Assembly (NCBI GenBank): GCA_046570105.1
Contig: JBKHVI010000006.1
Coordinates: 19,347 to 83,346, forward strand
Source of the DNA: Bacteriovoracia bacterium
GTDB taxonomy: Bacteria > Bdellovibrionota > Bacteriovoracia > Bacteriovoracales > Bacteriovoracaceae
Direction of reading: 5' to 3'
DNA: 64,000 bases
Numbering within the stretch: the first letter of the stretch is position 1; every line of letters starts with the position of its first letter. Made by a program: the position numbers and the translations under genes. The notes under the pieces were generated by a model that saw nothing but the letters and a program-made list of their open reading frames with translations, was not told the origin of the DNA and made no database searches. Below are positions 56,765 through 64,000 of the stretch, one piece after another.

Positions 56765-57352
56765 ATGAAAGTTATTCTGCTAGAGAAGGTGAAGAACCTC
56801 GGCAACATCGGTCAAATTGTGTCTGTTGCTGAAGGCTTCGCACGCAATTTCCTTATGCCACGTAAATTGGCTCTCGTTGCTGACGAGAAAAACTCAAACG
56901 TTTTGAAAGATCGCCAAAAAGCTCTTTCAAAGAAAATCGCAGCTGAGCAAGCTGGTGCTGTTTCTATCAAGGGCAAACTTGATGGCATCACTATCGAAAT
57001 GATCAAGAAAGTGGGTCAGAACGGTAAATTGTTCGGTTCAGTGACTACTCAAGACGTAAGCAAAGAGCTTGAGACAAAAGGCATTCACGTTGAGCGCCGT
57101 GCAATCACAATCGAAGGATCTGTGAAGAGCGTTGGTGTTTACGACTGTAAGGCCCGTTTGTTCGGTAACGACGTCGTTGCTAACTTCAAGTTGAAAATCG
57201 CGATCGATCCTGTTCAAGCTGAAGAGCTCAAGAAAGCTCAAGCTGAAGCAGCTAAGCGTAACGCCGACAAGAAGAAAGCTAAGGCTGACGCCGAAGCTGC
57301 TGCGAAAGCCGCTGCTGAAGCAGAAGCTGCTGCAGCAAATTCTGAAGAGTAA
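56765..57352 (+). CDS. rplI: 50S ribosomal protein L9 with C-terminal A/E/K extension
   Basis: MKVILLEKV..LG..G..V.VA.GFARNFL, GKLFGSVT. Confidence 0.96.
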   Translation: MKVILLEKVKNLGNIGQIVSVAEGFARNFLMPRKLALVADEKNSNVLKDRQKALSKKIAAEQAGAVSIKGKLDGITIEMIKKVGQNGKLFGSVTTQDVSKELETKGIHVERRAITIEGSVKSVGVYDCKARLFGNDVVANFKLKIAIDPVQAEELKKAQAEAAKRNADKKKAKADAEAAAKAAAEAEAAAANSEE

Positions 57353-57374
57353 GATTTTATAATAATAAAATCGC

Positions 57375-57402
57375 AAAGGGGCCTCTTTATGAGGCCCTTT
57401 TT
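57375..57402 (+). terminator. Rho-independent terminator after rplI
   Basis: AAAGGGGCCTC-tttat-GAGGCCCTTT-TT. Confidence 0.85.
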
Positions 57403-57461
57403 ATTTTATTTAAACGCGACGAGTGTTGCAGCTCTGATAGTCAAAATGGCAAAGTTAACCC

Positions 57462-58808
57462 ATGCAAAACGACAAAATTGGCCAAGAACTTCCTCATGAT
57501 TTCACTGCGGAAAAAGCCCTGCTTGGGTCACTCTTAATCGACAATCGTGCTTTTGATGAGATCAGTGATTTGGGTTTAAAGTCGGATGACTTCTATCATC
57601 CCCAATACGGCATGATCTTTGAGGCCATGCGCGATTTGCATGTGGGCTCTGAGCCTTTTGATCTTGTGACGGTGAGTTCAAAACTGAACGATCTTGGACG
57701 TCTTGAGCGCGTCGGTGGGCAAAGCGCACTTGTGTCGCTGGCAGAAGATATCCCATCAGCGGCTAATATTCATTCCTACGCCAAATTAGTTAAACAGAAA
57801 GCGATTCTACGCGAAGTGGTAAGAACCGCATCTCGTGTCGTACAAGCGGGCACCAATTTTTCTGGCGACGTGGAAGATTTCTTAGGCGAAGTCGAATCAA
57901 ACTTCTTTAAACTCACCAGTCAAACGAAACAAAATCGCATGCGCTCTTTGAAAGAGTCGCTGCATGAATCACTCAAAGATCTTGAGCGATCAAGCCGCAG
58001 CAAAGGTGAGATTACTGGTATTCCTACCGGTTTTGCTTCCATTGATAGCAAGCTCTTGGGCCTTCAGCCGGGTCAATTAATTGTAATCGCCGCTCGTCCT
58101 GGTGTGGGTAAAACCTCATTGGTGCTCAACTGGGCAGTTAATGGTTGTAAACAATCTGGGCTTCCTATCGCTATTTACTCGATGGAAATGTTAACTAATG
58201 AATTAGGACTCAGGATTCTTTCTTCTGAGGCCAATATTGATTCAAGAAAGATTCGTACCAAAGACTTTGGCCCCCATGACATGAAGAACATGTTTACCGC
58301 CGTTCAAAATCTTTCGCGCTTGCCGATTGTGATTAACGACTCGGGTGCTAGTACCTTGATTGATATTCGTTCTCAGTGCCGGCGGCTTAAGGCCGAGCAA
58401 GGTTTAGGCATGATCATCATCGATTACCTTCAACTCATGCAGCCTCACGTAAGAAAGCCTTCACGTGAACAAGAAATTTCAGAAATTTCCCGAGGCCTAA
58501 AAGAGCTCGCCAAGGAATTGCAGTGTCCTATCATTGCACTTTCGCAGTTGAACCGTTCATCGGAAGCACGAACAGACAAACGTCCGCAGCTCTCCGATCT
58601 TCGTGAATCAGGCGCAATTGAACAGGATGCGGATATTGTGTGTCTCATTCACCGTCCCGACATGGGCGATCCGAATTCACCGAAGAAGGGGATTGCGACT
58701 TTGATTGTCGCTAAGAACCGTGCCGGTGAACCGGGTGATGTGGATTTGGCCTGGATTGCTTCTCAAACAAAATTCGCGGAACTCGACTTCCAGCGACCAC
58801 AGGCCTAA
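57462..58808 (+). CDS. dnaB: Replicative DNA helicase
   Basis: AARPGVGKT, IDYLQL, LSQLNR, DLRESGAIEQDAD, AKNRAG. Confidence 0.97.
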   Translation: MQNDKIGQELPHDFTAEKALLGSLLIDNRAFDEISDLGLKSDDFYHPQYGMIFEAMRDLHVGSEPFDLVTVSSKLNDLGRLERVGGQSALVSLAEDIPSAANIHSYAKLVKQKAILREVVRTASRVVQAGTNFSGDVEDFLGEVESNFFKLTSQTKQNRMRSLKESLHESLKDLERSSRSKGEITGIPTGFASIDSKLLGLQPGQLIVIAARPGVGKTSLVLNWAVNGCKQSGLPIAIYSMEMLTNELGLRILSSEANIDSRKIRTKDFGPHDMKNMFTAVQNLSRLPIVINDSGASTLIDIRSQCRRLKAEQGLGMIIIDYLQLMQPHVRKPSREQEISEISRGLKELAKELQCPIIALSQLNRSSEARTDKRPQLSDLRESGAIEQDADIVCLIHRPDMGDPNSPKKGIATLIVAKNRAGEPGDVDLAWIASQTKFAELDFQRPQA

Positions 58809-58813
58809 AGCGC

Positions 58814-60025
58814 ATGTGGTCCCTTTTCGCCCAAGGAAGAAAGGGGGAGTTTCTTTATTGCTTCAGGCCTTATCTGGCCCGTATGCATTATCGCCATCAC
58901 TCACTTGATCTTTTGACCGGTCGAAAAATTCCCGGAGGGATCACCCAGTTTCTGCAATCACTTCATGAAATTCCACTCAATGCTACTTTTGCTAAACCTA
59001 AAGTGCTGCATCTGACTTATGAGTTGGGCCATATGTTCCACGGCCAAGCAGATCTGGTACCGGGACACATGCCACTGGCGGTTGAGATTGAATATTTAAA
59101 GGTTAAGCGCATCAAGCTGGATGATCTTTGGACGAAGCCACTCACACCACCCAAGTTGCGTTTTCTGCAAGTACCGACCTGGGATGAATACCGTGAGTCT
59201 TATCAAAAAATTCGTGAAGAGCTTTTAAGTGGTCACTGCTACCAGGTGAACCTGACGTCACCGTTTTATCTTTCATGGTTGGATGATCACCGGCCTAGCG
59301 ATTTTATTCGTCATCTCTGGTCAAATCCCGATCGCATCGGCGCTTATGCACATGCCACGTGGTTTTCCACTATGGGCCGTTTGCTCTTGAGCAATTCTCC
59401 TGAATGTCTGGTGCAGCGGAAGGTGACTAAGAATAAGATTGAGCTCTATTCGATGCCGATCAAAGGTACGCTGCCGCTTAAGTCAAAAAAAGATTTTGCA
59501 GAAGTCTGGGATCAAATGCGCTCTTCGAAAAAAGAGAATGGCGAACTCAATATGATCACGGATCTGGTTCGTAACGATCTCTCAAAAGTAGCGAGACCCG
59601 AGGCACGCGTGATTGCTAAAGAGAAGCCACTGATTGTACCTGGTATTTTGCATCAGTACTCATTGATTGGTTGTCCTGTTCCACCGAGCACGAGTTGGGG
59701 CCAAGTTTTAGAATGTCTCTTTCCTGGTGGAAGTGTCACAGGTGCACCGAAGAAACGCGTGTTAGAAATTATTAATCAGGTGGAATCAGAGACGCGCGGA
59801 CATTATTGCGGCTCGACTTGGCTCGCTTACGGCAAGACATTGGCCGGTTCTATTAATATTCGCACAGCGGAAATTGATATGGGTTTGAAAGAGATGAAGT
59901 ATGGCGCTGGGGGCGGCATTACACTGCAAAGCCAAGACAGTGGCGAGTTTGCCGAGATGCTGCGCAAGACAGAGAGTTTTCTGTCACCCTTTTTACCCCA
60001 AAATATTAGGCCAGAAATGGAGTGA
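58814..60025 (+). CDS. Chorismate-binding protein (PabB/TrpE component I-like)
   Basis: GHCYQVNL, SPE, PIKGT, DLVRND, FPGGSVTGAPK, GAGGGI. Confidence 0.85.
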   Translation: MWSLFAQGRKGEFLYCFRPYLARMHYRHHSLDLLTGRKIPGGITQFLQSLHEIPLNATFAKPKVLHLTYELGHMFHGQADLVPGHMPLAVEIEYLKVKRIKLDDLWTKPLTPPKLRFLQVPTWDEYRESYQKIREELLSGHCYQVNLTSPFYLSWLDDHRPSDFIRHLWSNPDRIGAYAHATWFSTMGRLLLSNSPECLVQRKVTKNKIELYSMPIKGTLPLKSKKDFAEVWDQMRSSKKENGELNMITDLVRNDLSKVARPEARVIAKEKPLIVPGILHQYSLIGCPVPPSTSWGQVLECLFPGGSVTGAPKKRVLEIINQVESETRGHYCGSTWLAYGKTLAGSINIRTAEIDMGLKEMKYGAGGGITLQSQDSGEFAEMLRKTESFLSPFLPQNIRPEME

Positions 60026-60174
60026 AATTAAGGTATTATGCCCCTATTATTTTGATCTTCTAACATCGTCTTACATACAACCTCCCGTCATTGACTCTTC
60101 TTTCCATCACTCGATACGCTCACTGTCATCACAACCAAGGAACGGTTGTGGCCGCAACGTTCAAGGAGTTTAGA

Positions 60175-60393
60175 ATGGAGCAAGTGGTGGTACCAGAAGG
60201 TACTCAGGCAAAAGGCAAAGAGAGAGTAAGTCTCGATCAACTCGCAAAGTTGACTGGCTTTTCTCCTGAGTTGATTCAAGAAGAGCTGTTTGCTGGAAAA
60301 GCAGACGGTGAAGGCGTGAGTCTTGAAGAGCTTCGCTCTCTCATGCTCAACTTCATTGATGCCACTATGTTGAACGATACTGAAACGAAATAG
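60175..60393 (+). CDS. Small acidic hypothetical protein
   Basis: AAGGAG SD; 72 aa; TTGACT..TACGCT upstream; terminator downstream. Confidence 0.75.
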   Translation: MEQVVVPEGTQAKGKERVSLDQLAKLTGFSPELIQEELFAGKADGEGVSLEELRSLMLNFIDATMLNDTETK

Positions 60394-60416
60394 TCCGACC
60401 AAAAAACTTCGAATTC

Positions 60417-60448
60417 AAAAAACCCGCGTCCCATGCGGGTTTTTTTTT
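60417..60448 (+). terminator. Rho-independent terminator
   Basis: AAAAAACCCGC-gtcccat-GCGGGT-T8. Confidence 0.88.
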
Positions 60449-60452
60449 ACTC

Positions 60453-60480
60453 TAAGCTTCACCCCTTATTATTCCGATAC
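60453..60480 (+). promoter_or_regulatory. Putative sigma28/FliA promoter for motAB
   Basis: TAAG-N16-TCCGATAC. Confidence 0.5.
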
Positions 60481-60516
60481 TTACCCTAAGAACTTAATTT
60501 TTCTTGGGATGTATTT

Positions 60517-61284
60517 ATGGATTTGGCCTCCATCATTGGCTTTGTTCTAGCGATTGTTTCCATCATGTGGGCCATTTGGCTGGGTGGATCGTTTGGTATT
60601 TTCGTCGATATTCCTTCCGTAGTTTTGATCTTCGGTGGTGTTATCGCAACGACATTTATTAAGTGGCCGATGGAAGTGGTGAAGGACACCGCCAAGATTT
60701 ATATGAAGGTCATGTTCAGTAACGCCGCTAATCCCAAAGTCATGATTGATGAAATTATTAAGCTGGCAGAAATCGCTCGTCGTGAATCAGTCTTCGCACT
60801 GGAAAAAGTTCCTGTCGAAGATAAATTCTTAAAAAAATCAGTTACGCTTGCCGCCGATAACCGCCCACCTGAAGTTATTACTTCAATTTTGGGTTTGGAA
60901 ATCTCTGCTATGGAAGAGCGCCACTCAAAAGGTGCGGACATGATGGACGGTATGGGAGCTGACGGTCCGGCGATGGGTATGATCGGAACACTGATGGGTC
61001 TGGTGCAAATGTTGCAGAACATGTCTGATCCAAGCTCAATTGGTCCAGCGATGGCGGTTGCACTTTTGACGACGTTCTATGGTGCGATTATCGCCAACGT
61101 ATTTTGTATCCCTGTTGCGATTAAACTTAAGCAGCGCTCGAAAGAAGAATCTACGCGCATGAATATTATTGTTGCGGGTGTTCTTGGTATTGTGGCCGGT
61201 GAAAACCCACGTACCATTCGTGAGAAGCTCGAGTCATTCTTGCCACCTAAAGATCGCACACCTGGCGAAGAGAAGAAGGAGTAG
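60517..61284 (+). CDS. motA: Flagellar stator MotA/PomA
   Basis: PAMGMIGTLMGLVQML, GPAMAVALLTTFYG, GENP. Confidence 0.93.
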   Translation: MDLASIIGFVLAIVSIMWAIWLGGSFGIFVDIPSVVLIFGGVIATTFIKWPMEVVKDTAKIYMKVMFSNAANPKVMIDEIIKLAEIARRESVFALEKVPVEDKFLKKSVTLAADNRPPEVITSILGLEISAMEERHSKGADMMDGMGADGPAMGMIGTLMGLVQMLQNMSDPSSIGPAMAVALLTTFYGAIIANVFCIPVAIKLKQRSKEESTRMNIIVAGVLGIVAGENPRTIREKLESFLPPKDRTPGEEKKE

Positions 61285-61287
61285 CCC

Positions 61288-62067
61288 GTGGCCGACGGAA
61301 AATGTCCTCCTTGTAAAGTTGGTGCTCCCGCGTGGATGGCGTCGTTCGCTGACATGTGTACACTGCTTTTGACATTCTTCGTTCTTCTGTTGTCTTTCGC
61401 TAAGACGGAAACAGCGAAATATGAAGCGGCGATGGGATCTATTCGAAATGCTTTCGGTGGTAACGTTCTAAAGGCCGGTGAAACAACGACTTTGGGTAAA
61501 TCACCCAGTGATTCAACTACCATGATTGAATCTGATCAACCGCCACGCCCATTTCCTATTGAATTTTTAACTTCGGAAGGTTTGCTCGATAAGCATGAAG
61601 TCAATCGTGAGAGTGATACTCAGTTAGCTGAAGTCAAAGAAATGCTCAATGAGTACAGCTTGACTGAAGAGGCCAATGTGTATGAGATGCCTGAAAGCAT
61701 CACTGTGCGCATGAAAGACAAGTTCTATTTCAATGCTAATTCAACCTCAGTCGAAAAAGTCGATGCTCTAGTCTTTGATAGAATTCTTAAAATGCTCAAA
61801 GACAGTCCGTGGAATATCATCGTGGAAGGCCATGCCGCTAAAAATGAAACTGATGCTTGGTCACTTTCGGCCCAACGTGCCGGTGCGGTTGCTCAATTGC
61901 TGATGGCCCGAGGTGTTTCTCCTGAGCGTGTTTCAGTAATCTCTTATGGTGATTCACGTCCACAGCCAAATCAGGCCAATGACCCCACGATCAGTAATCG
62001 TCGAGTCGAATTCATGATCAGGAAGACTGATCTGCGCCAGGAAGGGAAGAAGGTTCGTGGAGACTGA
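61288..62067 (+). CDS. motB: Flagellar stator MotB/PomB
   Basis: WMASFADMCTLLLTFFVLL; OmpA-like WSLSAQRA..NRRVE. Confidence 0.92.
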   Translation: MADGKCPPCKVGAPAWMASFADMCTLLLTFFVLLLSFAKTETAKYEAAMGSIRNAFGGNVLKAGETTTLGKSPSDSTTMIESDQPPRPFPIEFLTSEGLLDKHEVNRESDTQLAEVKEMLNEYSLTEEANVYEMPESITVRMKDKFYFNANSTSVEKVDALVFDRILKMLKDSPWNIIVEGHAAKNETDAWSLSAQRAGAVAQLLMARGVSPERVSVISYGDSRPQPNQANDPTISNRRVEFMIRKTDLRQEGKKVRGD

Positions 62068-62938
62068 AATTGAGTGGAGTCCGCTGGAAGATCACACAAG
62101 CGGTGAAGCTCTACTCAAGACGGTCTTTAAGGCCTCTGGTCAGCAAATCAAAAAATACTCTTTTAATCGTAAGTGGCTAGCAACTCCAGTTAAGGCCCAT
62201 GCCTTAATCCGTTTACCAATCGCCCTGGTGAACGCCAAAGAGATCTGGCCTTGGGTCGAACATCAAGGCGTAGAAATTTTATTAGAGAATGATGATTTCC
62301 TCGCGCTTCATAAACCCGCTGGCATTCACACCCATCCTCTCGCCTATGAAGCGACACCGAACCTGGTGAGCTGGCTTGCGGTCGCTAGGCCTTCTCTGAC
62401 CAAGATAAATCTTGCTGGCATGGATAGAGGCTGTCTGTGGCGACTTGATCGTGAGACTTCTGGCCTGGTGTTATACGCCAAATCGGATGAAGCATATCAG
62501 CGCATTCGGCAAAACTTCTCGACCAGTTTTAAAAAGAAGTATTACTGGGCGATCGTTGAGGGTAATCCAGGTGCTAAAAAAGATCTCACTCATCATTTGG
62601 CGAGTTCTGGTCCAGGTGGAGAGCGCGTAAAAGTTGATGCCAAGGGACAGCTGGCTCAGCTTGATTTTGAAACCATCCTGACTCAGGAAAATAAATCACT
62701 GGTCTTAATTAATTTGAAGCATGGACTTCGTCACCAGATTCGCGTGCAAATGGCAGAGATAGGCTTTCCACTTTTGGGTGATGAGTTCTATGGTGGTGCC
62801 CGGTCAGAGCGACTTTTTCTTCATTGTTGGCGTTATGAAATGAACGAAGGCATTTATGAGGACAACAAAGCAGAGCTATTTGAGAGTTTCTTTGACCTGA
62901 ACCGTTTGTTGCAAATGCTCGCGGATAAAATCCGGTGA
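62057..62938 (+). CDS. RluA-family pseudouridine synthase
   Basis: HKPAG, RLDRETSG, GLRHQIRV, LLGDEFYG, FLH. Confidence 0.9.
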   Translation: METEIEWSPLEDHTSGEALLKTVFKASGQQIKKYSFNRKWLATPVKAHALIRLPIALVNAKEIWPWVEHQGVEILLENDDFLALHKPAGIHTHPLAYEATPNLVSWLAVARPSLTKINLAGMDRGCLWRLDRETSGLVLYAKSDEAYQRIRQNFSTSFKKKYYWAIVEGNPGAKKDLTHHLASSGPGGERVKVDAKGQLAQLDFETILTQENKSLVLINLKHGLRHQIRVQMAEIGFPLLGDEFYGGARSERLFLHCWRYEMNEGIYEDNKAELFESFFDLNRLLQMLADKIR

Positions 62939-63358
62939 AGTAAGTGTGGCGAGTTTCACAATATACTTACCTTCAGTCACTGCGTTCACTTCAATCTTTT
63001 CATGAATTAACTTAAGGCGAACGATATAAACCTTCTCAAGGATATCACTTTGAGAAGCGCGGCCGATTTCAACCAAGTAATTGGCCAATTGACGATACAT
63101 TAAAGCGGTCAGCTCTTTGCCTTGGAGTTTGTGATCTTTTTCAGTGATCTCCACGGCCAAATTGTTTTCTTCGCAGAAAAGCTTCCACTCGGAGGGCACG
63201 CGTTTTTCTAATTTAACCAAAGTGGCCTTACACGAGGTGGGCTTAAGGGCATCCCGTTCAAAGAAGGGGTTTTTCCCGCCTGAAGTCGCCCATACGAGAG
63301 CAAACATCAGGATGCCGATGGCGAGAATAGGCTTACTCATGAGGAATTTCGCAAACAT
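62876..63358 (-). CDS. Membrane-anchored hypothetical protein
   Basis: N-terminal TM, Cys pair; overlaps the 3' end of the RluA gene. Confidence 0.7.
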   Translation of the reverse strand: MFAKFLMSKPILAIGILMFALVWATSGGKNPFFERDALKPTSCKATLVKLEKRVPSEWKLFCEENNLAVEITEKDHKLQGKELTALMYRQLANYLVEIGRASQSDILEKVYIVRLKLIHEKIEVNAVTEGKYIVKLATLTSPDFIREHLQQTVQVKETLK

Positions 63359-63393
63359 GCGTCTATTATCTCAGGGTTCGCGCAAAAAGGAAC

Positions 63394-63420
63394 TCAAGTT
63401 CTTCTTTAAAAAGCCGATCA
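63394..63420 (+). promoter_or_regulatory. Putative sigma28/FliA promoter
   Basis: TCAA-N15-GCCGATCA, 27 nt upstream of ATG 63448. Confidence 0.6.
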
Positions 63421-63447
63421 ATTTGATCAAGGATTTAAAAGGAACTT

Positions 63448-64000
63448 ATGAAGCCGTTGAAATTGAATGCAGATGCTTTTCAGAAGTTGGCGCAATTCAC
63501 TGAAATGATTAAGGAAAATAGCTGGGAAGAGGTGGCAACTAAGCTCTCTATTCCGCTCCCTCAGGCCCGCAAACTGATGGTCACTTTAAACGATTCTCAA
63601 CATGAATTGATGGCCCAAACCGGCGAAGTTGATGATGTATTCCAAGTGTGGAATTGGGCCTATTGGTGCCAATTAACCCATACCCTCGAGCATATGGTGC
63701 AAGAAGCGACACCTGAAATGAAGTCGATGATTGTGCCGATTTTAAAACAACAGAGACAACATCCGGCCTATCCGGTTTATGTGCAACTTCGTCAACGCTG
63801 GCAAGAAATTGAAGCTGCCGCGGGCCCACATTTAGTAGGTTCGGTGGATGAATTCACCGAGCATAAAATCCGCTTGATTGAAGAGTGCCTCTTAGAAAAA
63901 GAAACCATTCTCATCGAGTGCACCACCGGAAAACTGATGACACTCATTCCATGTAAACTGGCCTACCTCGAGGGAGAGCTTTCGCTCGTCGCTGAAGAAA
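63448..64000 (+). CDS. WYL-like domain protein (3'-truncated; absent from the ORF track)
   Basis: AAGGA SD, ATG 63448, open to the window end: MKPLKLNADAFQKL...IEECLLEKETILIECTTGKLMTLIPCKLAYLEGELSLVAEE. Confidence 0.7.
   Translation, partial: MKPLKLNADAFQKLAQFTEMIKENSWEEVATKLSIPLPQARKLMVTLNDSQHELMAQTGEVDDVFQVWNWAYWCQLTHTLEHMVQEATPEMKSMIVPILKQQRQHPAYPVYVQLRQRWQEIEAAAGPHLVGSVDEFTEHKIRLIEECLLEKETILIECTTGKLMTLIPCKLAYLEGELSLVAEE

Noticed and set aside
63144..63829. Track ORFs 63144-63503 (+) and 63581-63829 (-)
   Set aside because: They overlap the better-supported genes 62876-63358 (-) and 63448->64000 (+)
1..64000. CRISPR arrays, tRNA/rRNA, transposases, integrases, prophage or defence islands
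   Set aside because: No repeat-spacer arrays, RNA-gene signatures or mobile-element motifs were seen, and intergenic gaps are all under about 270 bp

Overview
Gene-dense bacterial chromosomal window of roughly 44% GC (estimated by eye) with about 60 CDS. Gene content suggests a predatory Bdellovibrionota bacterium (Bacteriovorax/Peredibacter-like): an FHA-GGDEF cyclase, GYF-PilZ, a PEGA Ser/Thr kinase and a vWA lipoprotein; this assignment is inference. The core content is fatty-acyl-CoA catabolism genes, miaA-mutL, pgi, rlmN, an envelope operon (sppA-lapB-3 hypotheticals-tolQRAB), ftsE/X-envC-ctpA-xseA-M23, a nucleoside-salvage cluster (cdd, punA, pdp, nupC), RNase E/G, rpsF/rpsR-DUF2232-rplI-dnaB, motAB and an RluA-family gene. 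I found no rRNA, tRNA, CRISPR, prophage or transposon. Highlights: (1) ribosomal proteins S6 and S18 are fused in one ORF behind a structured leader; (2) an Hpt-like protein with His replaced by Asp and a CheZ-like tail sits head-to-head with a degenerate HD-GYP gene; (3) several sigma28/FliA-type promoters precede non-flagellar genes, including a WYL-like ORF missing from the ORF track; (4) many apparent pseudoenzymes occur (GH35-like, M48-like, MutL without its endonuclease motif, a bEBP without GAFTGA, a HisKA protein without a kinase domain); (5) there is a histone-H1-like basic/acidic protein with a CCCH motif; (6) the RNase E/G leader is multi-hairpin and can sequester its SD; (7) a cyanobacterial ComA-like PLD nuclease carries an EF-hand. 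All family calls come from motif recognition by eye, and no database searches were run.
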